A stretch of 61,768 nt of DNA, counting the filler, from Choristocarpus tenellus KU-1152 (lineage: Eukaryota > Protista > Phaeophyceae): NCBI GenBank assembly GCA_964200185.2. It is 8 parts of 8 records of this genome, joined end to end, with 100 filler letters (N's around TTAATTAATTAA, not from the genome) between each part and the next. Parts side by side here need not be neighbours in the genome. Positions count along the whole stretch, not along the records: positions 8,934 to 27,509 come from CAXNAD020000537.1; 7 more parts are not named here. One strand, 5' to 3'. Positions within the stretch are counted from its first letter, which is position 1. Each line of letters begins with the position of its first letter. Shown here one piece after another: positions 13,301 through 27,415 of this stretch. Made by a program: the position numbers and the translations under genes. The notes below the pieces were generated by a model. It had not been told where the DNA came from, made no database searches, and saw only the letters and a list, made by a program, of their open reading frames with translations.

Positions 13301-16300
13301 GGAAGATGTCAAGTAGAGGGTTAGGGTTAGGGTTAGGTTTAGTGAACGCGGCAGTACAAAGATGACTGTTGGAATATATGATGATATCATGCCAGGTAGA
13401 GTCATACCACCAGTGGTATAACTCATACCGTCATACCTACTCTCCTCTGTATAGTTGGCAGCAATCTTTGATTTCGGAAAAAACCCAGTGGGACCAGCAA
13501 AAAGTGTAAAGTGTAAAGAGTACAGAGGAGTTTTGTCTTATGTCCTGCACAAAGGTAACACATGTCAAACTTGTGTTAAACACATAACCCTAACCCTAAC
13601 CCTGTGTTTGAAGCTGATGTACATAGTATATAGTATAAACAACTTACCATTAAGACCAAGTTCAAATCTAAAGTTGCCCTCCCTCTTCAGCCCGTAGCTT
13701 TAGTTCTTACTCTTCACCCTAACTCTTCAAACACTCCAAATTAGGTGTGTGTTTCTGTAGAGTGTATATTGGTTCATAGTTCATATCATTTAGGCAATTA
13801 ACTAATATGTGTGTATGACTGTAGCAATGAATCGATAATGCGTGTAATTGCAGTAATGAATCAATACATGTGGCAGTTACAAATGTCCACATCCATCACC
13901 CCCCACTATATAGGCAGCAATGTATATTTGTGTAACCATGTCTACATACTCATGGCTACAATTGCATGGTACCCCTAGTCTCTTCATGTGAAAACACTTG
14001 TGTCAAAAAATAGACCCCCTAGTGAGTAGAGGTGGTGAGTACATTATCCCTCAAATTCTCCCTCCTGTTTACTCCTATTATATTATAGAGTGACTTCTTT
14101 ATTGGGGCAAGAATCAGGTATAGTACTATCCATATAGATGCTTTGAATATGTAGCTCTAACATACCCCCTCTACCTACTCTATCTTCAATTTTGTGTATT
14201 ACAACTGTTGTGTTAGAGTATTCACCTCTTTCAATGAAGTCGTAGGGTTAGGGTTGGAATGGTTCCAGAATTTTCCGCCACTCTTTAAAAAAAACTCAAC
14301 TCTTTCTTCATCAAAAAAAAGGTTTTCAAGAGAGGAAAGGTTTTGATACTATTGGTGGCATTAATTTATTGTAAAGTGTTCAAAGAATGATCGTATAAAA
14401 CCGCTATTTTTGAAATATATATGTATATATATATATTATTTAGTATTTCAATTAGGGTTATTTATTTATTCTTTTTTGTGTGGGTGGTGCTAGACAGAAC
14501 TTCTCCATTCAATCTCAATTAAATGTACAGCCTTTGCCTCCTGAGTGAGCGACTTCCTGACCACCCTAACCCTAACCCTAACCCTAACCCTGATAATCAT
14601 TAGGTTGTTTCCTTAATGCACTGGTCTGATATCTGGTAACGGACACCCAGACTCAACCACTGTAATATGGTCCTTACCATAACCCTTCAACAAAACATAC
14701 AATTCCAGAAATAATAGGCCTGTGATGAATAAGGCCTGCCACTTGCAGACAAAGATATTCCAGTCCTGTAGCACTAATCCTAAACCTAACCCTAATCCTA
14801 ACACTAACCCACTGAGTGCTCCACAAACAGAACTTCACTAAAGTGCTGAGACATATAGTCAGAGCCCTAAACAAAGCTAACCATTCTGCACCCAGTGGAT
14901 ATTGATTTTAACAAATATAATACAATAATTAAAGAATAAATTAACACACTAAAGATAAAGTTAACACAGCTAGGGTTATGGACTCCAGACCAGTGGTCCA
15001 AAGGGTGAATCAAAGAAACCAATACACACACTACTTGAGAAAAGACAACATTGGGTGTTCATTTTATTGCTTAAAGTAGTGGTGTGTAAGTATGTATAAT
15101 GTATATATGATGTCAAGGAAGTTGAAAACAAACAATCCAATTTCAAACCCAAGAGAATCCCCACAATAAAGCCTACTATACATTTCCATGGTTGTCGCTA
15201 ATTGTTTGTCACTGAGCCCAGCCCATGATTTACCTCGGTTGAGACACCTTCAGAGAAAAAATAACAAACAAAAAAATAACAAAGATTGCTAACAAGACTG
15301 TTTTTGGAACATTGGGCCAACACACAAGGAAATCTGTCCATTCAATCATTTATCGGTGAATAGGATGCAGCCTCCCAACAACCTACCCTAACCCTAACCC
15401 TTCCATCAGCAATGAAGACTTTTTCTCCTAACCCTAACAATAGCCCTAGCCCTGCTTACAACACCCTTACGACATTGACATTGACATTGTAACCCTAACC
15501 TTATGATATTGACATTGTAACTCTAACCCTAACATCTCACCTCAGACTGTCCACCACAACACATAACCTCCCCACTTCAGCCTTGGCCTCCTCAAGTGCC
15601 ACCGTCGAAGTCCTAACAACCTCCTGTGCAAGAACCTTCTCCTCTTCCAATCCCTCCAACCTCTCCACCTTGGCTGCAGCATCCTCCTCCAAACCATCCA
15701 CCCTCTCCTGCAATGCCACAGCCACCCCCCTAGCATCCTCCAAGTCCCCCTCCATCTGCCTCACCTTCTCCTCCATCTCCCTCACCTCCCTCTCAGCAAC
15801 CTCCACTCTCTCCCATGCAGTCCTCAACTCCTTCTCCTCCTCCTCCTTCCCCCTACTGCCTTCCTCCATCTCCTTGTCTGCGATCTTCAGCCTCTTCCCC
15901 AACACCTCTACTTCTCCCTTCAGCCCCTCACACTCCTCCTCCAGACCCTTAGCCTTCCCTTCAGCTGCAGTCACCAAGACCTCCAGGGAATCAACCTTGT
16001 CCTCTAAACCCTTCCCCCATATCTGAGCTGCCCGTGTCTCCCCCTCCAAAGACTCAGTTCTCTCCTCCAACTCTTTTGCCTTGACCTCTGCTGCCTGTGC
16101 CCTCTCCCTCCACAACACCACCTCTCCCTCCTCTCCCTTTGTGTTCGCTAAAACCGCCTCTTCCACTCCAACTCCCTCCAATTTCCGATCCTTTGATCCA
16201 TCATCACCAGAGTCACCTACATCACCCAATGAACTAACCCGAGAGGATAGTCCCAACTCTTCCTCAAGGTGGAAACACCTTGACACCAGGAACAGCTCAA

Positions 16301-19300
16301 GGGTGGACATATCTTCCACACTAAGACATACAGAGGCGGTTGACTTTGACTCTCCACCCTCATCAGCTGCATTGACACCACCTAACTCTGCTGACTGTTG
16401 TTTCACCTTATCTTGTGGTATCAACAAGTTTTGGTCGTTGTAATGGCACACACCCTTGGATAACGCCTCTTCCTTGCTTGTACTCCTGCTAGTGCCTTTC
16501 TCAGATGTTTCATTGGGAACGCCTTCCAATGCAAGACTACACAAGCGGGAGTGATAGAGGTTAGGACTGTGTTATTGTATTGCAAATGTAGGGGAGGTAA
16601 TGTTACAACACCATGGATACAATAGGAGAAAGATAGCAACATTAAAATACAATTGCAAGGAAGTGCCTAGATAAACAACAGGGGTTGGTGCAGCCAAAGC
16701 AACAAGTTGCATACAAATATGTTCAAAAACACTACACCATAAAAAATAGAGCTCTAATGCAGAAATACTTGCAACATTTGGAGTTTATACGGATTGTCTC
16801 CCCCCTAGTAAGGACCTAAGCTACATATACGGTAGCTACCAGTTGGTCACCACTGGCAAAGCAGGCTGCGGTCAGTATGAATAGGAAGCACCTGATTGGT
16901 CAACACTACAATGCATGAGAGGAGTTGAGCTTCAGGGTTGAGGTGTGACGATCTCCTCTCCCCTCTACATAGGAGTGTTGACTCACTTCCTCAGAAAGCC
17001 AGCTGTGCATATATCAGGACTGAATATTAAACAAATTATGTATAGATAAGATAAGATATTACAGTGGCTGCCGATTGTGTACCCTCAAATTGAACTGCAT
17101 TGTACACTTCATGTTAGAAGCCCTCCCCCCATCACCTTATTCTGCCACAAAATTGCATTAACCAACAGAGGTAGAGATCTAACCCTAACCCTAACCCCCT
17201 AATAAAAGATCCTTAATGCCAGAGCTGATCTCGAGCACCACTGCATGACTCATATCTCCATTTGACGACACTACTGTACTAAGATTAATACATCATACTT
17301 ACCACATGATTCATCCTGAAATTAACCCAATAACAATCCCAACCAACGCCCACAGGGACTTCACTTGGGTGCTTAAGGGGAAATGAAGGAGAACATCACA
17401 TGACCTCAACCAATATCAAAAACTTCAACATCAACAGCACAAGTCTCACTCTGCTGTCTCATCTCACCTGTGATTGTCCTTGAACACATGTCCTGGAGAG
17501 GTGTAAGCGCTATGGAGATCATTCGGGCCATGACCAACTTGACTCCCACATAGTGTATGTTCAGCTCTGGGCTGTGAAATCTGTGCAAGTGGACATGTGA
17601 TTGCATATCATGGTGATCATGGTGTCCTGTGAGTACCAACACAATACACAGATCTTTCCTTTTATTCTTTTTGTGGGAATGTAACTACCAATATGTCTAC
17701 CAATATAATTTGCTCTACCAAATACAACTTGCTCCATCATTACACCACTCTGACCCAACCTAAGCTTACTGTCATCTTACTGTCATCTCCACAACATACC
17801 GTACTAGTATAAAGTAATAAATTACAAATTACTGTACTAGTATCAAGTAATTAATTATTGTGACAAGGATGTGGGGTTTGGTACCCACCATAACACAACA
17901 CCTGAGAGATACATCATCAATACTAACCCTAACCCTCTCCAAAATAGTCTGCACAAAACAAAATCCTAACCTTAACCCTAACCCCCCAAAACAAAATGCC
18001 ACTCCTTCAAAAGTAAAACTTAGGGTTTAGGGTTAGGTTTAGGTTTTTGGTTAGGGTTAGCTACCTTACTCCAGCACCATCAATAAAAGGAACTTCAAGT
18101 AAACAGACCAGAGAAGCCCACAATTCAATCTTAGACCATCCTGATGATGCCTAACAAAGTAGTCAACACAAAAAAACCTACACAAAACCTACCCCCAACC
18201 CTAGTCCTAACCCTACAGGCAAGTATTGTGTTGCTGTCTCAAGCATGCCTCAAGCATCACTTCAAACATCACTTCACTGTAGCAGTGATTCCCCCTTCAT
18301 CACAGAACCAAAAGGATCACCTCTTGATTTCTGAAACAAAAAAAAAACACAACATTTTGAACTTCGTAGAACGAAAAAAAAAATGCTCAATTGTAATAGA
18401 GGCAGCTATTTTTGTTCCCTTCTACTGACCAGAGCGACCCTAACCATACCTAACCCTAACCCTAACACAGCAACGCGGCCATGTCAAAAACACAAGCTGT
18501 GTAGTTCCCAAACAATCTAACCCTAACCCTAACCCTAACCCCTTAACTACAGAGATGAGAGTAATAGGGCCATCACGGAATGTTGACTTGACGTGTGGAA
18601 AAACAGGTTTAGGGTTAGGGATGCAGGTTTTTCAGTGCAGGTTTTTGTAACCCTAACCCTAATTGTAAGCACGCTCAAGTAGCATGCATCATGCTTCACA
18701 GATACAGACAAGCAAGCAGGAGGGTCACTTGACTTCACATGCACGGTACAGGCACAATGACCTTCACAATGACCTTCATGCCCTTACACCACACCTGTGC
18801 ACATGCAGCATAATAATAACAATAATAATAACATAGCACACAAGTAGCATGTATAAATCCAGAAGTCATACCATGCAATGACCCTGCCTAGATGATAGAC
18901 ATTAACAGCTCAAGTACACTAGTAATGCCGCTATAGGATGTTGACCATCTTAGCCAAAGGAGCACTATAAAACCAACTTGCTTACACTATAAAAACCAAC
19001 CTGTTTACAGTAAAATACAAAAGGATCACATAACATGATACTACAAGTACAGGACCACAAGCACAGTACCACTAGAATGATCTCCAGCGGCAATCGAATG
19101 CTTCAATCAACACTATTTAAACACTAGACTCTTCACCCTAACCCTAAATCCATCTACAGCAACAAGGATATTGAGTGATACCATAATAAATTATACTGAT
19201 ATTAATATTACATTATGCAAGGGCAAAGGAGCAACAACTAGCCTAAGGATTACACCATAAAGATAGGAAATACCTTGAATGCCTAGCCAAATATAACCCT

Positions 19301-22300
19301 AAGTCCAATGCTCATCTCTCTAAGGTAGGATTGAAATATGACTTACTCACATAACCCTAACCCTAATATCTTGAATCATACTCGGGGAGGCTAAGTTACA
19401 CGGCTGAGAAGACAAGGTAATCACACCTTGCAGCTACAAAAATAGGTACTATGACAAACAATAAATATTCGTTTTCATGCACCTTGTGAAGGCGTATGTG
19501 TGCCTACGGTTCCATGCCAAATACTTGCCATGTAAATAGACAGTTGCAACCCTAGCCCTAACCCTAGCAACACTGTCATCATCATGAAGTCATGCCTGCA
19601 TCTCTTGTTGGATCTGTATATGTGCTTCCTCCCTCTGTTCTGCCTCCTGAGTCAAGCGTGCTAAGTCACCCTCTAGTTGTGCTTTCAATGCATGACTTCT
19701 AGAACGCTCCTCCTGCAGTCAAGGAAACACATAACCAAAAACAGATTGTTATCAGTACAATTGGAAACACCACCACCGGAAACACTACCACAATATGAAA
19801 ATAGCAGTATGAATATGATAGGTCCAATAAAATAGTACCAACATAGCGACAGTACTAAGAAGGTGACATCAAGACAACACTACCAAGATTGAATAAATGA
19901 TGTAAAAAAATCTCTAGGTAGACTACATTTTTGGCTTGTTAACATGAAAGGTAACTGTCATTCAAAATAGGTACTCTGAGTTAGGGTTAGGGCTAAATAC
20001 TTGTCACTCTTGGATGTGTCTTACCCTAACCCTAACCCTAACCCTAACCCTAAGTTCACAACCACTGTTGGCATATCGTACCAACACGATACCTCCACGA
20101 CAACATCAGCATCAAAATACCATTTAAACACTTGCAATCACTATGATCTGTCTGACATACCCCTAACCCTAACCCTAACCCTAACCCTAACCCTAAACAG
20201 ATGTTATACCATACTGCTCAAGGGGCTCCAAAAGAAACATGTTTGTAGCAATTGACCGCTCCACGTGTAAAGTTCTAACAAGGGACGCAATTAATAGCCC
20301 TAACCCTTCCCTGGTAAGACCACAGTTACAAAGACATACATCCAATCAAGGACCGACAAATATTCAGAAGACTAAAGTGGACCGGAGTCAACACAAAAGG
20401 ACACACTACTACATTACTACTAGCAATAAAAAGGCCTTTGTAAGTACCTCTGGGCACAACAATGAGAAACGCCTGAAGTGTAGTGCCGCACCAACATCAC
20501 TCATAAAAATAATAAAAATCAGGAAAAAGATAATTACAAGTATGTATGCTTATAAAAATGTTGGTAATGATCTAGAACTAACAAATCAAAAGCGCAGGCA
20601 GGGTGAAAATGTGATGACGTGATGACGTGACAATTTGGTCTCTGCTGGCTGCCAATAACAATAAACCAAATAATAACAAACCAAGATGGTATATATACAT
20701 ATGTATATATACACCCTAACCCTAACCCTAACCCTGACCCATTCAATCAAATTTTAACAACACACACACAGGAAAAAATAAATAACGACTTGATGTCAAC
20801 TAGGTGAGGAGGGGCTAATGACTTACATCCCTCTCCTTGATGACATCAACCATTTGACTCTCTGCTGCTGCCACCATGTCCTCAAGCTCCTTCACCCTGC
20901 ATGTTCACACCGGTCATGTGCATATCATTCACATTCAACAAGGAGGAGAACATCATCATTCACATTCAACAAGGAGGAGAACATCATCATTCACATTTAA
21001 CAAGGAGGAGAACTAAAGAGCACAACTGCTGTAAAGATGATCGCCTTGTCCAGTTATCAATTGTACAGGTACTGCTGAGAGTAGTCTAGCATGCATCCAA
21101 TAGACTACTGTACTGTGTCATCTGAAGTCTGTCCACATGTGGAACACAGTACAGTGACTGAAGAGAAAGGGATTTCACCATAACCAAAATACTCCTCTCA
21201 GTAGATGAGCAGCCTGGGTGTTCAAACATTGACAGGCTTTATTCTTGTTACCCACCTTGTCAAAACAACTTAGTCTGAACAAGATAAAAACCCAACGTTC
21301 CAAACACATTCCCCATACCTACACAGCATAACTACATGTATATATTATATGTGTGTATGTGAGCACCAGACTGTCCTTTGGTTGGCAGGAACACACAGGA
21401 ACCACATAGGGTATACCCTATAACAACAGTTGCTTTGTTTAGCACTATGGTGAAACAGGGCTTGGTAGATTGCAGTCATTGAAGGTTCCACCCATCAGGT
21501 TTTCCACAGAGGAAAAGGCGCTACCGCCACCTTGCAACAACCTTGTAACCACCTTATAAACCTGTTTGTCTTGTCAAGCAGTCCTGTGTATCAGGCGTTA
21601 CTCAGTGACACACTTTACCATCAAGTTCAGTGTATCCAATGCCTCACATACACCGGGTTAGGGTTAGTTGGTTGCCAGTACGGTATGATCACTAGTAGGA
21701 ACAAAACCGTTGGAAGTATGTGTTGAACACCTTATACCGTTTTGGCGGTAAATGCACATACCTTGTACCGCTCTTCTGACCGTCAATTCCCAACATGGCA
21801 CAAAAATGAAAATTCTTGGATCAGTTGGCGATCAGCTTGTTGAGAATGATTCTACACAAAACATTGGGGTATATATGTATCTAGACACTTGCTCGGAAGG
21901 CATTTGAGTTCTCAACAACTATGGTACCGCAACTAACCCTAACCCTAACCCTTAAATACAAGAGCAAAGGTAGAAAAAAAAAAACGTAATATCCATCACT
22001 ACCCTAACTCAAACACAAACCCTCTCAGGTTAGTCACATTGCTCTTACTCCATCTCATCCCTTTTGCAGCAGCTCTGCCCTAATCCTATAACCCAATAGT
22101 CTACAACACGGTAAGAGGGTAGAGTCCCAGATGTTGCAGTGACACAGCAAAGCTTGTGGGTCATCCCATTGACCTACAGTATAATAATAAAAAAACTTCC
22201 ATCGCCTTTCAAACCAATCACACTACAACAGGTGGAACCATTGTTCAATATACCTATCCTCAAAGAATTGTACTCAGAGATTACTTTGACATCATCCTTG

Positions 22301-25300
22301 CTGCCCTTTACTAGATAAAAATAACAATCACAATAATAAAGTTGGTAAAGTGTTATTAGTGTACCACTACTTCCAACCCCTAACCCCGAACAAATCAACC
22401 ATCAAACCATTCTTAATACTACACATGCCAATAACCCTGGAAGTGAAATACCCAGATGTCACGCATCAGAAATAGTCGTAACCCTATAGTACTATTATTA
22501 ATGAATTACATTATTATTATTATTATTACTATTACTATTGGTCAAGGTCGGGTTAGAAACTGCAAGTAATTCTACTTGAACATGGCTAACTCAGATGCAC
22601 ATCAGGAATCTAAGAGGTTTACCCTAAACAGTAACTTGAAAATTAGCTCATCATCACTGTTGGCGGCTGCAAAAATATTCTTAAGAAAAGGTATCATCAC
22701 CTATTCAGTCAGAGATGTTACCATATGATATTAAGATAAAACAGAGAGAGAGAGAGAGAGTGTGTGTGTGTGTGTGTACAAAACAAGACCAGAAAAGGTA
22801 TAATTGAAATCGTCCATCCTCCCAACACAACCCAGGCAAGACATGCACTGGAATGCAAGACAGAATGCCCATCAACTGGCTTAAGTGGACCACGACAAGT
22901 TGTAGAAAAAATTGCAACAGAAACATAGCCACGCAATAACCTCACGGAACTATCATGGTATCGCACTCTGGAACTATCATGGTATCACACTATGGTACTA
23001 TCATGGTACCACACTCTGGAACTATCATGGTATCACACTATGGAACTATCATGGTATCACACTATGGTACTATCATGGTATCACACTATGGAACTATCAT
23101 GGTACCACACTATGGAACTATCATGGTACCACACTATGGTACAGCTACAGGACTCCTCTCATCAAGCCAGCCCTGGCCCTTGTCCATCATGAAAAATTGG
23201 TTCTCACCTTGACAGCAACTCTTGTGCCTCTGTGGAAGCTTGTCCTACCCTTGCTTCAGCCGCCGCCCGTGCTGCAAACTCTGCACTCAAGTCACTAATC
23301 AGGCCATCACGTTCAGACTCCACCAATGCCAATGACTGGGCTGCATCTGAGGAAATCACGGAGAAGGAAAAGGGCAAGCTTTCATTTACATGAACATAGG
23401 TAGATCATTGCAGCCTTCAACAAAAATTACAAGGGTAACAGGAAATGATTGATGGCAGCGTTAGCACCATTGCCTCTGTCGCGTCTTACTGATGAATCGC
23501 AGTCCCATACCAAATTCTTCATCTTCTAGCGCATTCTCTTCTTAACTTAGTACAAAACACAACGCACGCAGTGCAAAAAACGTACAATCTCTACCAAAAC
23601 CAGCAGGCCGATCAACCACCGCGAAAAGAAGTTGGTGGAGCAGAAAAAGATATTCTAGAAAGTGAGAGGAAATCATGTATGGGTCTCAAATCCAATTTTT
23701 AAAATAGCGGTTGTCTCGAGTCATGTTGATACACCTCTCTTGCATGCTGCCCACTCAGGCACCCCAAGATACTACAATGAAATAGTTTTATGGCATCAAC
23801 AAACACAGGTACATATTTTTTCTCCCACCAAACCTGGGCTATGATAGATAGGGATCACTTTCTCAAACACTTGCCGTCATATCGGTATTATCAAAATAAA
23901 AACTTCATTCCTACCACTATGGTTTTAACATTTTCTAGATATTGCAATACACACACAGACACACAGACACATAGACCCTCATTTGCAGCACACTTGCAAG
24001 TTGATGTCATGAACGCCCCCATTACCTTCATTATCAGGCAGCAATCATTGCATCAAGCACTCTTCACTTACCAGCCTTGGCCTGTGTGGCTGCCTCCTCC
24101 TGAGTGGATAGTAGTGTTGTGATCGCCGTAAGATCTTCTTCCAGTTGTCGGGTTCTTAGCTGCTCTTCAGCCTGAAAATACATGTTTTTTTTATGTACCA
24201 AGTCTTGTGGATTATTGTGATACGACCTTTGTCAAGTGCAAACTTTGTACTCCAAACTAGCAAATTGGTGTGTTCTTTGGCATCAAGCATGGACTTTCTT
24301 AATTCGGTCAAGGTTGGGAATGGTGCATACTAAAAGCATGAAAAAAATCACAAGGGATAAGAAGGAGGTTACCTCTTCAACTTTCAATACTACTGCGCAA
24401 CCCTCTCGTTCATCCCACACTATGTAAGATATTGTATATTGTATATTGTTTGAGACGGATCATGTGCTTGGGTCAACCTTATCTGCAACAGCCTGTTCAC
24501 ACTCTTGCTGTGCCTTCCTCAACCTCCCTTCCACAGTACCAACCTCCTCCAGCACCTCTTCCAGCCTTCCTTGCAACTGATTCAACACCTGTTGGTCCAT
24601 CAAGAGATCTATCAAACGAAATAAAAAAAGAGGGAGAAAAACCACATCTAAACACAAACCCTAACCCTAACCCTAACACAGTCAAGATAATCACGAACTA
24701 TCTCATACAATCACAGGGCAGCAAATCAGCACTCAAAGGACTTTGGAAGGAGTTTGTTTGTTTTTCATGGCAGATAAAGTATCAAACACACTAGTAGTAC
24801 AGCACCTCAGGTTGACTCATCACCACTGCCGTGATCAGTGACATTAACACCTGTAGCACCTACACTAGTCCTGGAGTTGAGTCTAAACAGAAAAGCCACT
24901 TGCCTCATGTTGAGCCTGTAGCTCATCATCCCTCTTTGCCCCCTCACTGCGGAGATCTGCCACTACATTCTGTGCTGCATTCAGCTGGGCTGTTGGGGAT
25001 AGGGTTAGGGTTAGGGATAAAGAAAGGATTCAGTGAATTCCGTAACGTGGGAACATAGTGTGAAGGACGTGTGGGTGAAGTACACTTTCATCTCTGACAA
25101 GGTGTAAGAGATTTCCTTTTCTCTTTGTGGAGAACTTCAACAAGTCATGAACATTCTCAACATGACCGAAAAGAAAAAAAGGCAACCTGCAAGGTTTAGC
25201 TACTATTACTACTTGTTCCCAGGTGTAACACCACCACATACCACACACAACAAAACACAGGCGCAGTGGACGTTCTACTAGGTCGAAGACGCGTTAATAT

Positions 25301-26356
25301 GTCTGTAACTTGAATTCGATTATCATATGTAAATACACTGTCAGTGTATCAAACCCTAAACTTCGCAGGCCAAACCAAAAACCGATGAGATGGCAGGCAT
25401 CATACGTCGTGGCCAAGCTAAGTCATTGCCCGCAGGTCTGCTCTTTAGCACAATTCCAGTGCACTGAAAGGACTCATGCCTCGAACATGATTACCTTACT
25501 TGTATTGCTCAAAATTGGCACGAACCCTTATCTCGGCGCTGCGGGACAGCCTCACCTTCGAGATCCGCCACCCTTTCACTGTCCTGTTCAGAGGCAGTAA
25601 GCCTTTCTCTCAATAATTGGGCGTCACCGGCTGCTCTTGCTATGTCCTCTTCTGCAGATACATTCTTTTCCAGCTGCTCCTGAAACTTCGACTTCCATGT
25701 GGATACTTCTTCCCGGAGAGCTGAAAGCAGACCTGGGGTACTCCAGCATGTCCCAAATGCAGCAAGGATGCGAAGGTGGGTTTGGCGTGGTAAGAGCATA
25801 TTTCTGGGGACCAAAAACATCCGTCCATATACCCTTGCAAAGAAAAACTTAGCCCTCCGAGTCTACACTCTATGATGGACCAAATTCGGCAAGCTGCACT
25901 GTAAGTGAGAATTGGTTATATTCACAACACAATCTCGATGTGCCATCCACTCGAAGTACCAAAACCCTGCAGATATCCCCCCACGGGTTAGGAACAGCAA
26001 GGCTTCTCCAAAGATGCATCATACTTCCATGGAACGCGTACAGGTGCCATCCTTGTACGGATTGGTTGAAGTCATCACATTCCACTGGACTAAAATAGTG
26101 AGTGAGATGACTGTTATACACGATTCGTCGAGTGTGGTTTTCGAAGTGCGTTGCCTACATCCATATCAACTAGGTGTTTCCATCGATGCTCACCCTCGTC
26201 TGGTGTTCCTGGCCCGGCCTTTCCTCCGTCATTGGGGTCTGCACGGAGTGCTGTGTTTTCTTCCTCAAGTGACTTGATCTTTGCCCTTGCCTTCTTGATA
26301 TACTTCATCAACTCCTCCCTAGATATCTCCTTCTTCCCTGGAGAGTGGTCCTCCAT
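10350..26356 (-). CDS. Long coiled-coil protein, golgin-like (possibly GCC2/GCC185-like); exons 26356-26194, 26084-25985, 25803-25556, 24989-24904, 24588-24478, 24171-24072, 23346-23208, 20896-20827, 19712-19596, 17571-17468, 16536-15541, 12082-11905, 11299-11168, 10520-10350; continues 3'
   Basis: Fourteen exons chain without stops and with consistent phases; two GC donors are needed. The protein is E/K/A/L-rich heptad sequence throughout. The N-terminal ISREELMKYIKKARAKIKSLEE resembles the GCC2 N-terminus. No GRIP domain is visible, so the family is tentative. Confidence 0.7.
20924..21013. repeat. 31-bp tandem repeat, about 3 copies, just upstream of an acceptor
   Basis: Unit CATCATTCACATTCAACAAGGAGGAGAACAT, about 27 nt from the minus-strand acceptor at 20897. 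Confidence 0.9.
22946..23142. repeat. 24-bp minisatellite, about 8 copies, intronic
   Basis: Unit TGG(A/T)ACTATCATGGTA(T/C)CACACT(A/C). Confidence 0.95.
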
Positions 26357-26644
26357 ATCTGATGACTCTGAAGGACCTTCAAATGCTTGTATGGGCTATT
26401 GATCAAGTCCTTTGTCCAAGCCAGCCAGGAACCTTGATCAATGCAGGAGGTACTATCAAAATACTACCAGTGTTAGGTCAAATTGTTGGATAAATTCTGG
26501 AGGTGATTAATCTTACATATTAAAAAAATGTTCTCATAGTGAATTATATATTTGATAGGTAAGGTAAGAAAAGGAGGGACAACACAGTGGGTCGTCCAAT
26601 GAGTGGAATCTTTGGGTTTTGAGCATGTTACTTTTCCAATCATT

Positions 26645-27415
26645 GTAAGATCGAAGGACGTCTAACCAGATTGATGGCAGTGATTGTGATAGTGGCTACG
26701 ACTGGTGGCTGACCGTGCCCTACCTCAACACAGAAACCATGTGCCTTCGACCTCCCAACATGACAGTAGAGACGATTAAGAGTCAGACTTCGGGTCAGAA
26801 CTACTACCATAATGGAAATTTTGATTATCTTGAAGGCACCATCAATGATGATGCTGGCACCAGGCCAAAGATTAAGCAGTAGATCGAAAAAACCTGGGAC
26901 TGTTTCCACAACTACAGTCAAGTGCTTTCTGACAAGGTCGTGGACACATTACTTGATGGAATTAAGGTCCAAGTGCTCAAGGCTGAAGTCCTCGAGGTCC
27001 TGCTATGTGGTTGTGTGATATGAACACTCTACCGCGTCCATTGCGATAAGCTTTGTTCTCGCCATACAAATTCCTCCCACACTGCACCAGATTTCGCAAA
27101 TGGAATACATCGATCACTCCATGTCATACAAAGATGGCCTTGTGAAAACTGATGTGAAACTATCGAGACGACTGTGCGAACAATGAGGCTCCTGTTATTC
27201 TTGTTAGTGGCGCGCACAGGGGATGCGCTTACCAAATCCACTGATGTTCAGGGGACCTGCGGATGGAAAACAGAGCATAAGTTGAGAGGAGAGGCACTGG
27301 TGGATGAGCCTGTAAGACGACCTTATGAAATTAATATCAACGTCGAAGGGTGGCGCACAAGGGCAACGAACCAAAACAGTTGTACACAATTGTGGTTAAT
27401 GAATAAAGAGTTTAT
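26645..27415 (+). mobile_element. Decayed RTE-clade LINE, C-terminal part of the reverse transcriptase ORF
   Basis: Interrupted translation GQNYYHNGNFDYLEGTINDD...KIKQ*IEKTWDCF...IKVQVLKAEVLEVLLCGCVI*TL...CETIETTVRTMRLL...VARTG...EGWRTRA matches the RTE pattern FxYLG...EIxxRIxxAWxxF...LKAEVxExLLYGCxTW...IETTVRxRRL. Confidence 0.8.

Larger units (their letters stand above)
9366..25016. repeat. Dispersed interstitial telomere-like (CCCTAA)n/(TTAGGG)n tracts in introns
   Basis: About 30-35 tracts of 2-6 units by manual count, e.g. 11585-11614, 13317-13337, 14564-14591, 18020-18060, 18518-18541, 20024-20053, 20161-20196, 25000-25016. Confidence 0.9.

Noticed and set aside
14529-14556. Possible 28-nt microexon (cag|GAAGTCGCTCACTCAGGAGGCAAAGGCT|gtacat) right after a TTAGGG tract
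   Set aside because: The flanking exons already join in phase 2, and inclusion would shift the frame; it is at most a poison exon and has no support.
15583-16443. Ser-rich plus-strand ORFs (similarly 11834-12106, 31737-32087)
   Set aside because: They are antisense shadows of Glu/Lys-rich minus-strand exons.
22912-23298. Repeat-protein ORFs (also 8964-9266, 48891-49158, 61350-61610)
   Set aside because: They are translation by-products of minisatellites.
27174-27415. ORF starting MRLLLFLLVARTGDA that looks like a signal peptide
   Set aside because: It is the decayed ETTVRxRRLLFAGxVAR segment of the RTE LINE.
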